Origin: a virus
Virus record (IMG/VR): IMGVR_UViG_3300042988_001121
Span: 1 to 64,000 of that record
DNA length: 64,000 nt
Direction: 5' to 3' (one strand)
In this document: positions 1-9,802 of the stretch, one piece after another
Position numbering within the stretch: the first letter of the stretch is position 1
Layout: each line of letters starts with the position of its first letter
Made by a program: the position numbers and the translations under genes
Notes under the pieces: model-generated
Databases searched by the model: none
What the model saw: only the letters and a program-made list of their open reading frames with translations
What the model was told of the DNA's origin: nothing

Positions 1-768
1 GGGCCTATATTTACGACCCCTACTTTGAATACGTCAGCCACCGCCGCAGAAACCACTACTTCGGGAAATATATTGCAGAGGAAGGATCAGCCCCCTGCAA
101 TGTATTTCGGTATGAACTACGGAAATATACCCCATGTCCGTTATGCTTTCAAACGCGCCCCCGGCTTCTTTGATGTGGTTTGTTATACGGGAACTGGAAA
201 TCCTGGGCTGGTTGTGCCGCATAGTCTATCGGCAATACCGGAATTGATTCTCATAAAAGCAAGGAAATTTGGTGGATCGGGTTGGGAATGGATAATTCTC
301 CACATGGAAACAGCCCGTTTTTCATTTTTAGATAATGCCGCCATGTCGCTTGGCGCTTCAACCATCGTAACCAGTAGAACAAGTAACTCTATTACTTTAG
401 CTTCTGATTCGCGATATAACACCACGACTGAATACGTCGCTTACCTTTTTGCCACACTCCCCGGAATCAGCAAAATAGGCAGCTACACCGGAAATGGCTC
501 AAGCCAAACCATCAATTGCGGTTTTACTACTGGTGCAAGGTTTGTATTAATCAAGCGCACGGACTCCACTGGTGACTGGTACGTGTGGGATACAGTGCGT
601 GGGTTGACTTCATCAACTGATCCACATCTGAGCATGAATTCAACAGCCGCAGAAGTCACTACAGATGATTCTGTTGACCCAGATACCTCTGGTTTCATTG
701 TGAACCAAGACGCATCGACTAACATCAACGTCAATGCTGGCACATATCTGTACCTCGCAATTGCATAA
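1..768 (+). CDS. Tail fibre / virion adhesin, C-terminal part (5'-truncated by window)
   Basis: Frame is open from base 1. Carries FDVVCYTGTG..VPHSLSAIPELILIKA and SYTGNGSSQTINCGF..FVLIKRTD..W.VWD motifs typical of phage fibre C-terminal domains; followed by a fibre chaperone-like gene. Confidence 0.65.
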   Translation, partial: GPIFTTPTLNTSATAAETTTSGNILQRKDQPPAMYFGMNYGNIPHVRYAFKRAPGFFDVVCYTGTGNPGLVVPHSLSAIPELILIKARKFGGSGWEWIILHMETARFSFLDNAAMSLGASTIVTSRTSNSITLASDSRYNTTTEYVAYLFATLPGISKIGSYTGNGSSQTINCGFTTGARFVLIKRTDSTGDWYVWDTVRGLTSSTDPHLSMNSTAAEVTTDDSVDPDTSGFIVNQDASTNINVNAGTYLYLAIA

Positions 769-776
769 GGAACCCT

Positions 777-1337
777 ATGCCATACATCAATACAAAAACT
801 AAAAAATATCCTCTCTCATTTCTTGACATTCAGCAAGAAAATCCAATGACAAGTTTCGATGCTACATCGATTCCTGCTGCTTATGCGTGGGTGTTCCCAA
901 CACCAACTCCGACATACGATTCTTTGCTGCAATATGTCGTTGAAGGTACTCCCAAGAAAACTACTGATAAGACATACGAACAGACTTGGCAAGTAGTTGA
1001 TAAGTATACCACACAAGAAGAAATTGATGCAGCAATCGCAGCAAATGAAAAGTCTAAACTTGATGCAATGGTGCGCGAAGTAACTCAGATGGTTCAGAAT
1101 AAGCTAGATGATTTTGCCAAGTCAAGAAACTATGATTCTATTTTATCGGCAGCAACCTATGCAACATCAGCTATTCCTAAATTTCAACAGGAAGGTCAGG
1201 ATGCCGTGAATGTACGCGATACCACATGGGCGTCTCTTTATAAGATTATGACCGATGTTATGACCGGTAAACGTGCTGTACCAACTATTGCCGATATTAT
1301 GGCAGAGTTGCCTGTCATGGAATGGACAAATAAATAA
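777..1337 (+). CDS. Tail fibre assembly/chaperone-like protein
   Basis: VQNKLDDFAKSRNYDSILSAATYATS..F..EG...V..RD.TW motif of phage fibre-associated proteins; SD AAGGA; lies between two fibre genes. Confidence 0.6.
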   Translation: MPYINTKTKKYPLSFLDIQQENPMTSFDATSIPAAYAWVFPTPTPTYDSLLQYVVEGTPKKTTDKTYEQTWQVVDKYTTQEEIDAAIAANEKSKLDAMVREVTQMVQNKLDDFAKSRNYDSILSAATYATSAIPKFQQEGQDAVNVRDTTWASLYKIMTDVMTGKRAVPTIADIMAELPVMEWTNK

Positions 1338-1358
1338 TAGATCAATATCGGGTAAGAC

Positions 1359-2933
1359 ATGGCAATCACACTATCACAATATCTTCAAGTCGGGGCTAAT
1401 GGTCCAATTGGTATAACCGCTGGCGGCACGGGCGGCACAACTGCTGCTTCGGCTCGTGCTTCGCTAGGTGCGGCAGCGGCAGGTGCTAACACCGACATTA
1501 CTTCATTGTCAAGTGGTGTTTGGGCACCTTTGTTGAAAGGGTCTGGGAGCACTTATTCTGCGGCAGGAACAAATTTAGCTACAGCCGCCCCTATTGTTTC
1601 AGATACTGTGGTAGTCACGAGTAGCAGCGCAAGTGCATATTGTTTAGCACTTCCTGCATTTACAGATGATTATAAGAGCCAAAAAATAACAGTATATAAT
1701 CAGACCGCGTTGCCAATAAATGTTTATGCACAGGGAACTGGAACTATAACCTTAACACATACAGGCACTGCCCCTTCATTTTATACGATTCCTGCGATGG
1801 CTTCTGCCGTTTTTGACAGTGGGATTAGTGGAGCGAATGACAATAGATGGATTGTATCGAGTGCACAAGTTACCGACCCATCCGCCTTGACAGCCGCTGT
1901 TCCTGCCAATAAAGGTGGTACTGGTCAGGTTTCGTATACAGTTGGTGATATTCTCTATGCGTCAGGAACCACAACAATCAGTAAATTGATTGCTGCATCA
2001 ACTGGTTTTGCATTGATTTCAAATGGAGTCGGTGTTGCTCCTAGTTGGGGTAAAATTGATCTAACCACAACTGTTAGTGGTACTTTGCCGGTTGCGAATG
2101 GTGGCACTGGTGTTACCACATCAACTGGTTCTGGTAATAATGTTCTCAGTTCAAGTCCTACCTTAACAACTCCTATTTTATCAGCGGCAACGAGTTCAAC
2201 GGCAGGTGCTATTGGTTATAGTACCGGTGTTCTGACATATGGCGACGGGTCTTCAACCATATCAATTGCTAACTTGACAGGCACTCAGACATTTAGCAAC
2301 AAAACATTAAGTACAGGATGCTCGTGGGCGGGTGGTTTGATTACTCCTACTTATGGCGGTACAGGTGCTAATTTATCTGGTGCTGCTGGTGGTGGGGTTG
2401 CTTACTTTTTTGGTGGACAAATTTCTGTTACTTCGGCGGGAACAGCGGGTCAGGTTCTTCAATCAAATGGTGCATCGGCTCCTAGTTGGGTAACAATCTC
2501 TGGCGGTGCAACGCTTTCGGATGATACCACAACCAATGCATCTTATTATCCTGTCTTTGCTACCGCAACATCAGGAACAATGTCTACTGCCAAGGTTGCA
2601 TCAACGAAACTGAATTTTAACCCTTCTACGGGCACATTGTCAAGTACACAATTCAATGCCACATCGGATTCTGATGTTAAGACCAATGTAGTTGCCGCAG
2701 AAGGTATTGCTATTGTCAATCAATTGAATGGCGTTGAGTTTGACTGGAAAGATGGTACAGGTCATTCGGCAGGTGTAATTGCTCAGGATGTTGAAACTGT
2801 TTTGCCATTCTTGGTTCAGACTGATCCTATTCATGGAAAGAGCGTCAACTATCTTGGAATCATTGCGTATCTTATTCAGTCGGTCAAGGAACTAGATGCA
2901 CGAGTGAAAGAATTGGAGAAATTGAATGGCTAA
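1359..2933 (+). CDS. Tail fibre protein with C-terminal intramolecular chaperone (peptidase S74-like)
   Basis: Thr/Ser/Gly-rich shaft with repeated GGTG motifs; C-terminal SD..VKTNV..LNGVEFDWK..GVIAQDVE.VLP..SVNY..LIQSVKEL chaperone signature. Confidence 0.85.
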   Translation: MAITLSQYLQVGANGPIGITAGGTGGTTAASARASLGAAAAGANTDITSLSSGVWAPLLKGSGSTYSAAGTNLATAAPIVSDTVVVTSSSASAYCLALPAFTDDYKSQKITVYNQTALPINVYAQGTGTITLTHTGTAPSFYTIPAMASAVFDSGISGANDNRWIVSSAQVTDPSALTAAVPANKGGTGQVSYTVGDILYASGTTTISKLIAASTGFALISNGVGVAPSWGKIDLTTTVSGTLPVANGGTGVTTSTGSGNNVLSSSPTLTTPILSAATSSTAGAIGYSTGVLTYGDGSSTISIANLTGTQTFSNKTLSTGCSWAGGLITPTYGGTGANLSGAAGGGVAYFFGGQISVTSAGTAGQVLQSNGASAPSWVTISGGATLSDDTTTNASYYPVFATATSGTMSTAKVASTKLNFNPSTGTLSSTQFNATSDSDVKTNVVAAEGIAIVNQLNGVEFDWKDGTGHSAGVIAQDVETVLPFLVQTDPIHGKSVNYLGIIAYLIQSVKELDARVKELEKLNG

Positions 2934-4080
2934 TTTTCTATATAGCGGAACCAGTGGAACGCTAGAGGAAAAATATGTTACGTTCGATGAAATGGGGTTT
3001 GATTCTCCATCTAATTCTGCTGGATCGTTATGGGGTTGGGGAGACAATACAGATGGTCAATTAGGTCTTAACAATGTGACAAATGTAAGTTCTCCTGTTC
3101 AGATCGGTTCATTGACTGACTGGAAACAGGTGTCGATGGGAGGATATCATACAACAGCAATCAAAACAGATGGCACTCTTTGGAGCTGTGGAAATAATTT
3201 ATATGGTCAATTAGGACTCAATGACACGACTAAAAGAAGTTCACCCGTTCAAATAGGATCGTTGACTAATTGGAAATTAGTCAGTTGCGGAAGGTATCAT
3301 ACAACAGCAATTAAAACAGATGGCACGCTCTGGGTTTGGGGATATAACAACCAAGGACAATTAGGGCTTAACAATGTGACAAATATAAGTTCTCCTGTTC
3401 AAGTAGGTACAATGACTGACTGGAAAACATTGACTGGGAATTTGTATAATACGTTTTCTGTTAAGAACGATGGTTCATTGTGGGGTTGGGGCGGCAATAT
3501 TTTCGGTCAATTAGGACTTAATGACTATATATATAGAAGTTCACCGGTTCAAATAGGATCGTTGACTAATTGGAAACAAGTATCTATGTCAAGTGTCTTC
3601 TCTGTTGCCGCAATAAAGACAGATGGTTCATTGTGGGGGTGGGGGACAAATACTAACGGTCAAATTGGCTTAGGTAATACAACAGAATATTCTTCTCCTG
3701 TTCAAGTCGGAACGATGACTAACTGGAAAACATTGTCAACCGGTGGCGTTGCTAACGTTCTTGCTACAAAGACAGATGGTTCATTGTGGGCATGGGGTTA
3801 TAACTATGGTGGTCTTGGTCTAGGTGATAGCCTTGCCAGAAGCTCTCCTATTCAAGTCGGATCATTGACTAATTGGAAATCTGTTTCTTGTAGTACTTCA
3901 CAAGGTTCTTCCTTTGCTGTTAAAACAGATGGCACTCTCTGGGCTTTTGGGCAAAATGCCTCTAAAAATCTAGGACTCGGCGATAACGTCAGTAATTCTT
4001 CTCCTGTGCAAATCGGAACATCAACTGGATGGAAATCGGTTTCTACTGGATACACTTCTGCCATTGCAATCAAATACTAA
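2926..4080 (+). CDS. RCC1/BLIP-II repeat beta-propeller protein 1
   Basis: Seven ~50-aa repeats KTDGTLWxWGxNxxGQLGLN..SSPVQxGxxTxWK. Confidence 0.9.
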   Translation: MANFLYSGTSGTLEEKYVTFDEMGFDSPSNSAGSLWGWGDNTDGQLGLNNVTNVSSPVQIGSLTDWKQVSMGGYHTTAIKTDGTLWSCGNNLYGQLGLNDTTKRSSPVQIGSLTNWKLVSCGRYHTTAIKTDGTLWVWGYNNQGQLGLNNVTNISSPVQVGTMTDWKTLTGNLYNTFSVKNDGSLWGWGGNIFGQLGLNDYIYRSSPVQIGSLTNWKQVSMSSVFSVAAIKTDGSLWGWGTNTNGQIGLGNTTEYSSPVQVGTMTNWKTLSTGGVANVLATKTDGSLWAWGYNYGGLGLGDSLARSSPIQVGSLTNWKSVSCSTSQGSSFAVKTDGTLWAFGQNASKNLGLGDNVSNSSPVQIGTSTGWKSVSTGYTSAIAIKY

Positions 4081-4089
4081 AGAAAAAAT

Positions 4090-4731
4090 ATGTACGCACT
4101 AATTCATAACAATCAAATTCAAGTTGGTCCTCGTCAATGGTCATATTCTTTCTTCAAGGAATATCTGGTTGAAGAAGGATTGGATTTTTCGGCGCTAACT
4201 GTTCGTGAGCAACCAACAGGTATTCACACATCAACTTATAGAATTGTTCCTGTAACAATTACAAAACACGCGAACGTTGAACCCATTTACGAACAACCTT
4301 CTGGTCCGTTTTGGACAATCTACGAAGATCGTGTTGAGGGTGAATACAAATCGGCTCCTGTTTCTATTGATGCAGTCAAATCTATTCTGAAGCAAAAAGC
4401 AGCAGAAGAAAGATATAAGAAAGAAACCTCAGGAACCAAGGCAATTATCAGTGTCGGAGAAGTTAATCTATATACTGATCGTGATACTCGCAAGACTTAT
4501 CTAGAGGCGTTGCAATTGATTCCTGACGATGTTTCTACATTCAATTTCAAATTCAGTAATGGATTCTTTCCGGTCAATAAAGGCGATCTGACTTTGATTG
4601 TTTCAACAATTGTTACTCATGTTCAGGCTGCATTTGATTGGGAAGCTGGTATTGTAGCTGCTATTGATTCTGCTACTACTATTGCTGAATTGAAGGCAAT
4701 TGTTATTGAGGAAAAGAAGAATGCCATCTAA
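4090..4731 (+). CDS. DUF4376-like fibre-associated protein
   Basis: LKQKAAEERYKKETSG..TDRDTR..FNFKF..HVQAAFDWE motif pattern; sits among adhesin genes. Confidence 0.55.
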   Translation: MYALIHNNQIQVGPRQWSYSFFKEYLVEEGLDFSALTVREQPTGIHTSTYRIVPVTITKHANVEPIYEQPSGPFWTIYEDRVEGEYKSAPVSIDAVKSILKQKAAEERYKKETSGTKAIISVGEVNLYTDRDTRKTYLEALQLIPDDVSTFNFKFSNGFFPVNKGDLTLIVSTIVTHVQAAFDWEAGIVAAIDSATTIAELKAIVIEEKKNAI

Positions 4732-5923
4732 TTTGACTGGTTTCCGGGAGAATGGGGTTGATATCAGTGACCTTTATTTGAATGGCTCGGGTATCAATGG
4801 AACCGATGATCGTGGTCAGGTTTATGATTATTTGACTGATACTGGTAAGATAAATTATGAAACCGGTTCATTATGGAGTTGGGGTTGGAATGCATACGGA
4901 AATTTAGGACTAAACGACATTATAGATAGAAGTTCTCCTGTTCAAGTCGGTTCATTAACTAATTGGAAACAAATAACATCTTCATCTTCTGCTGGTCATT
5001 ACCTTTCTACCGCGATCAAAACAGACGGAACTCTTTGGAGTTGGGGCAAAAATCAATTTGGCGAATTGGGACTCAACGACACGACTAACCGAAACTCTCC
5101 TGTTCAAGTCGGTTCATTGACTAATTGGAAACAAGTGTCTACCGGGGGGTTTTTTTCTTTTGCGATCAAAACAGACGGAACTCTTTGGAGTTGGGGTAAG
5201 AACGATGTTGGTCAATTAGGACTCAATAACCAAACGAATATAAGCTCTCCTGTTCAAGTTGGTTCATTAACTAATTGGAAATTGGTTTCTTGTGGTGCAT
5301 ATCATCAATCGTTTATTGACAATTACGGGCAGTTGTGGAGTTGTGGAAATAATTTATACGGTCAATTAGGACTCAATAACCAAACGAATATAAGCTCTCC
5401 TGTTCAAGTTGGTTCATTAACTAATTGGAAATTGGTTTCTTGTGGAGACAGACACACAACAGCAATCAAAACAGACGGAACTCTTTGGAGTTGGGGTTGG
5501 AATGCGGTTGGTCAATTAGGTCTTAATGACACGGCATATAGAAGTTCACCTGTTCAAGTCGGAACAATGGCTAACTGGAAATCGGTTTTTTCTGGTGAGT
5601 TTATAACATTTGCCACAAAGACAGACGGATCATTGTGGGGATGGGGATATAATCTATACGGTCAATTGGGACTCAATGACACTACCGACAGAAGCTCTCC
5701 TGTTCAAGTTGGTTCTTTAACTAATTGGAAATCTGTCGCTGCGGGGCAATCTGTTGTATATGTAAAAAATGACGGGACACTATGGAGTGCTGGTAATAAT
5801 GCGCATGGTCAATTGGGGCTAGGTGATAATTCTCATAGAAGCTCTCCTGTTCAAGTTGGTTCGTTGACTAATTGGAAACTAATTTCAGGCGGTTCTATGG
5901 CGATAATTTCCACGAAAGGTTAA
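4721..5923 (+). CDS. RCC1 repeat beta-propeller protein 2
   Basis: Seven RCC1 repeats; start moved to ATG 4721 (MPSNLTGF) behind an AGGA-like SD. Confidence 0.9.
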   Translation: MPSNLTGFRENGVDISDLYLNGSGINGTDDRGQVYDYLTDTGKINYETGSLWSWGWNAYGNLGLNDIIDRSSPVQVGSLTNWKQITSSSSAGHYLSTAIKTDGTLWSWGKNQFGELGLNDTTNRNSPVQVGSLTNWKQVSTGGFFSFAIKTDGTLWSWGKNDVGQLGLNNQTNISSPVQVGSLTNWKLVSCGAYHQSFIDNYGQLWSCGNNLYGQLGLNNQTNISSPVQVGSLTNWKLVSCGDRHTTAIKTDGTLWSWGWNAVGQLGLNDTAYRSSPVQVGTMANWKSVFSGEFITFATKTDGSLWGWGYNLYGQLGLNDTTDRSSPVQVGSLTNWKSVAAGQSVVYVKNDGTLWSAGNNAHGQLGLGDNSHRSSPVQVGSLTNWKLISGGSMAIISTKG

Positions 5924-5953
5924 ATACCATCCCACAAACAAACAATTTTCATT

Positions 5954-6511
5954 ATGAAAAAACTGAATCTAGGATCGGGGTACAAAAGATACCCCGATTT
6001 TATTAACATCGATCAAGATCATCATTGTAATCCCGATATTGTAACTGATCTAGAATCCCCGAATTGTCTCTCCATGATACCCGATGATTCGGTCGAGATA
6101 ATTCTTGCACATCACATTCTTGAACATATCGGAAGTAATTATATTCCGCTGCTCAAAGAATTATATCGAGTCGCCAAACACAAAGCAATTATTGATATAC
6201 GGGTTCCTCATCCGAATCATGAAATATTCTTGAATGACCCGACTCATAAAAGACCAATTACGGTTGAAGGTCTAAGATTGTTCTCAAAACAATATAACCT
6301 ACAAGAAATTCAAAGAGGCGGAAGTTCATCGACACTCGGAATCATGAATGACATTGATTTTGAGATTGTTCACTTTGATTACATTCATGATCCATATTAC
6401 GACAACATCAAGACAACTGCAACACCCGAGCAATTGGAAAGAATATTTCGTTCAGAAATAAATACGACTCTTGAAATTCACGTTGTTCTAACTGTTATTA
6501 AAAATGTTTGA
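5954..6511 (+). CDS. SAM-dependent methyltransferase (type 11-like)
   Basis: KLNLGSG motif I, INIDQD, DSVEIILAHHILEH, ELYRV.K, DPTH. Confidence 0.8.
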   Translation: MKKLNLGSGYKRYPDFINIDQDHHCNPDIVTDLESPNCLSMIPDDSVEIILAHHILEHIGSNYIPLLKELYRVAKHKAIIDIRVPHPNHEIFLNDPTHKRPITVEGLRLFSKQYNLQEIQRGGSSSTLGIMNDIDFEIVHFDYIHDPYYDNIKTTATPEQLERIFRSEINTTLEIHVVLTVIKNV

Positions 6512-7829
6512 TTACCAAAATTCATCTATTATGCAAGCCGCCTTTGCTGCAAAGAGCATTGGTAGATCGATGGACATGTATGCGCCATTGAAAACGATTG
6601 CTCAGTATATCTATGCAATCGATAAGCTAGACGAGATTGCCTATATTCAAAATGAATTGAAGGATTACGAGGGTTCAGTTGCGACTCTCAACAAGATGGC
6701 ATCCATTTCGATGAATAATCAGGAAAAATATTCGATTAGAGCCAATCTTGCGAAGATGTACAATCATCTGAATAAACCAGAAGAATCGCTTGCTGAGTCA
6801 CAATTGAATGATATGGTGTCAAATGGTAATGACCTAGACACATGGATGGAAATGGCGTTCAGCTATTATCTGTTAGGTCAATATAATAAGTCCGAAGAAA
6901 TGATGCGCAAGATTTCTTGTATTGATAATATCTCGGATGAATTAAGAGGTCGAGTTGAATACAACCTAGGCTCCTATGATATTGAGCATGGCGAGTTCAA
7001 GAAAGGAATTCGTGGCTTCATTGATGTTGGACATAAGATCGGTATTTGGCATCCGAAGGGCATTGATGGTGTTCCTACATGGAAGGGCGAAACCGATAAA
7101 CAATTCATTGTCATTCATGGCGAAGGCGGTATCGGTGACGAATTGATCAACTTTCGTTTCACCAATAATATCAAGTCAATGGGATTGACTCCTATCTGGA
7201 TTACTAATCACAAAGAACTGGTTCCTGTGTTTGAGCGCCATGACGTGAAGACGATAATGAATCATCAAATTGATAAAGAGAATTCGTATCAGATCAATGC
7301 AATGTACTTACCAATTGTACTAGACCTTGATGCAGATCAGTTATGGAGTGGCGCTTATTTGATTCCTTGTTCCGAACATGTTGCCAAGTGGCGTGATATA
7401 TTACCGAGCGGTAGAAAGATCGGTGTCAAGTGGAGTGGCAATCCTGCCTATGAACAGGACCTACATCGAGGGCTGACAACCGATTTTATTGATGCATTGG
7501 AATTCGATGCAGTGAAGGTGAATCTTCAGATCGATGCGTTGAAGGATCATTATTTCTCGGTTCCAATAAATAGTATTGAAGACACATTGGCAATCTTATC
7601 GCTTGTTGATGTTACGGTTACTTCATGCACATCGGTTGCTCACATGGCAGGGGCAATTGGTTCAAAAGTTATTGTATGCCCTCCTATTGCTTGCTACTAT
7701 GTATGGCTAGGGCGGAATGATGGATACAGTAACTGGTACGGCAAAAACACAATGGTGGTTCGACAGACGAAACACAATAATCGTGATGATGTTTTGGTGA
7801 AGGTTAACGAATTACTGAGTAAGGTTTAA
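6504..7829 (+). CDS. TPR-repeat protein with C-terminal GT-B glycosyltransferase (family 9-like) domain
   Basis: Helical TPR-like N-half; GEGGIGDELINFRF, KIGVKWSGNP, EDTLAILSLVDVTVTSCTSVAHMAGAIG motifs. Confidence 0.75.
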   Translation: MFDYQNSSIMQAAFAAKSIGRSMDMYAPLKTIAQYIYAIDKLDEIAYIQNELKDYEGSVATLNKMASISMNNQEKYSIRANLAKMYNHLNKPEESLAESQLNDMVSNGNDLDTWMEMAFSYYLLGQYNKSEEMMRKISCIDNISDELRGRVEYNLGSYDIEHGEFKKGIRGFIDVGHKIGIWHPKGIDGVPTWKGETDKQFIVIHGEGGIGDELINFRFTNNIKSMGLTPIWITNHKELVPVFERHDVKTIMNHQIDKENSYQINAMYLPIVLDLDADQLWSGAYLIPCSEHVAKWRDILPSGRKIGVKWSGNPAYEQDLHRGLTTDFIDALEFDAVKVNLQIDALKDHYFSVPINSIEDTLAILSLVDVTVTSCTSVAHMAGAIGSKVIVCPPIACYYVWLGRNDGYSNWYGKNTMVVRQTKHNNRDDVLVKVNELLSKV

Positions 7830-7832
7830 TAT

Positions 7833-8978
7833 ATGGCAAGCGGGTTTCAGATTAACGGAGTTGATACCGATACAATTTTTCTTAATCGTTCGGATACGAT
7901 TTTGGATAGTGTTTCTGTGCCCGGTAAGTTGTGGAGTTGGGGGAAAAATTCATACTACGGTCAATTGGGACTCAATGACACTATCAACAGAAGCTCACCT
8001 GTTCAAGTTGGAGTATTGACTAATTGGAAACAAATCGGTGGCGGTAACGATTCCCTAATTGCAATTAAAACAGACGGTACACTTTGGAATTGGGGTTATA
8101 ATTCACATGGTCAATTAGGACTAGGGGATATTTCTCATAGAAGCTCTCCTGTTCAAGTCGGTACGTTGACTAATTGGAAACTAATTTCACAACATGCATC
8201 TCAATATAGCAGAATATCAATCAAAACAGATGGAACTCTTTGGAGTTGGGGATATAATAATAACGGCGAGCTAGGGTTAAATGATGTAAACCACAGAAGT
8301 TCTCCTGTTCAAGTTGGTTCATTGACTAACTGGAAATATATCAGTTCGGTTAATCACGCAATTGCGATTAAAACAGATGGAACTCTTTGGAGTTGGGGAT
8401 ATAATCCATATGGTCAATTAGGACTAGGGGATATTTCTCATAGAAGCTCTCCTGTTCAAGTCGGTACGTTGACTAATTGGAAATCGGTTTCTTGCGGTGC
8501 TAATCACAACGCAGTGATTAAAACAGATGGAACTCTTTGGAGTTGGGGGCAAAATACATACGGAAGTTTGGGTCTAAACGATACCTCGCCAAGAAGCTCT
8601 CCTGTTCAGGTTGGTTCATTGACTAATTGGAAATCAGTTTCTTGTGGAAACTACCATGTTCTTGCGATTAAAACAGATGGTACATTGTGGAGTTGGGGTA
8701 TTAATGGCAACGGGCAATTGGGGCTAAATGACTTAACCTATAGAAGCTCTCCTGTTCAAGTCGGTACGTTGACTAATTGGAAATCGGTTTCTTGCGGTGA
8801 TGCACATACTACCGCAATTAAAACAGATGGAACTCTTTGGAGTTGGGGAACGCACAACAATGGTCAATTAGGTCTTAATGGAACGACACAAGTAAGCTCT
8901 CCTGTTCAAGTTGGTTCATTGACTAATTGGAAATCTGTTGCAGGTAGTTTCAGAGCATCTTTAGCAATCTCATCATAA
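7833..8978 (+). CDS. RCC1 repeat beta-propeller protein 3
   Basis: Seven RCC1 repeats. Confidence 0.9.
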   Translation: MASGFQINGVDTDTIFLNRSDTILDSVSVPGKLWSWGKNSYYGQLGLNDTINRSSPVQVGVLTNWKQIGGGNDSLIAIKTDGTLWNWGYNSHGQLGLGDISHRSSPVQVGTLTNWKLISQHASQYSRISIKTDGTLWSWGYNNNGELGLNDVNHRSSPVQVGSLTNWKYISSVNHAIAIKTDGTLWSWGYNPYGQLGLGDISHRSSPVQVGTLTNWKSVSCGANHNAVIKTDGTLWSWGQNTYGSLGLNDTSPRSSPVQVGSLTNWKSVSCGNYHVLAIKTDGTLWSWGINGNGQLGLNDLTYRSSPVQVGTLTNWKSVSCGDAHTTAIKTDGTLWSWGTHNNGQLGLNGTTQVSSPVQVGSLTNWKSVAGSFRASLAISS

Positions 8979-9008
8979 ATACCAATCCAGCAATCTTTAT
9001 TATTCAAA

Positions 9009-9800
9009 GTGAAACAATTTTTCTTTCTATCTGGTCTACCAAGATCGGGTTCAACTGTTCTTGCTAGTATCCTTAATCAGCATCCCGAGATTCACGTAAC
9101 GCCAACTTCTCCGTTACTTGATTTACTTTACCTCAATGAACAGAACTACCGATCAAATCCATCGGTAATCGCGAATCCAACTCATACCTCATATGAGTCT
9201 ATTTCAAAATCAATCATTGAAGGTACATGGAAGCACGTTAATAAACCAATCATCGTTGATAAACACAGAGCATGGGCAAGAAATATTCCTACCATTCGAC
9301 GTGTGTTTGAAACCGATCCAAAGGTTATTCTGACAGTTCGCTCGATTCCCGAGATTGTTGCCAGTTTCTTTACTCTCCTAAGAAAAACAAAACAATCGCC
9401 ACATTACATTGATCAAATTCTATTACAAAGAAATGCACCGATCAATGATATGAACCGCGCATATATTCTGTGGCATGATTTTATTGCAAATACCGTTGAA
9501 TCGGCGTTGATCGGGTTCAAAACAAATCGAGCAAATATTCATCTGGTTGATTACAATGACTTGATACAATGTCCTGAAGAAGAACTGAAAAAGATATATC
9601 AGTTCCTTGCGCTTCCATCATATCAACATGATCTAAACAATATCGTTAATGATACCAATGACGATGATCTCGCGGCATGGGGAATCGAGAATCTTCATCA
9701 AATACGCCCGGTATTGAAAAGAACATCATCAGATGCAAAAGAAATACTCGGTGATGTTTATCATGTCGTCAATTCATTGAATGCCGAGTTCTGGAGATAA
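9009..9800 (+). CDS. Sulfotransferase 1
   Basis: GLPRSGSTVL PAPS-binding loop, LNQHP, VDK.R.W, VR..PEIVAS, VDYNDLI..PEEEL; GTG start. Confidence 0.85.
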   Translation: MKQFFFLSGLPRSGSTVLASILNQHPEIHVTPTSPLLDLLYLNEQNYRSNPSVIANPTHTSYESISKSIIEGTWKHVNKPIIVDKHRAWARNIPTIRRVFETDPKVILTVRSIPEIVASFFTLLRKTKQSPHYIDQILLQRNAPINDMNRAYILWHDFIANTVESALIGFKTNRANIHLVDYNDLIQCPEEELKKIYQFLALPSYQHDLNNIVNDTNDDDLAAWGIENLHQIRPVLKRTSSDAKEILGDVYHVVNSLNAEFWR

Positions 9801-9802
9801 TT

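Noticed and set aside
2926-8978. Eukaryotic or NCLDV origin suggested by RCC1 repeats
   Set aside because: SD sequences, coupled operons, T4 core genes and bacterial-type promoters show a bacteriophage context.
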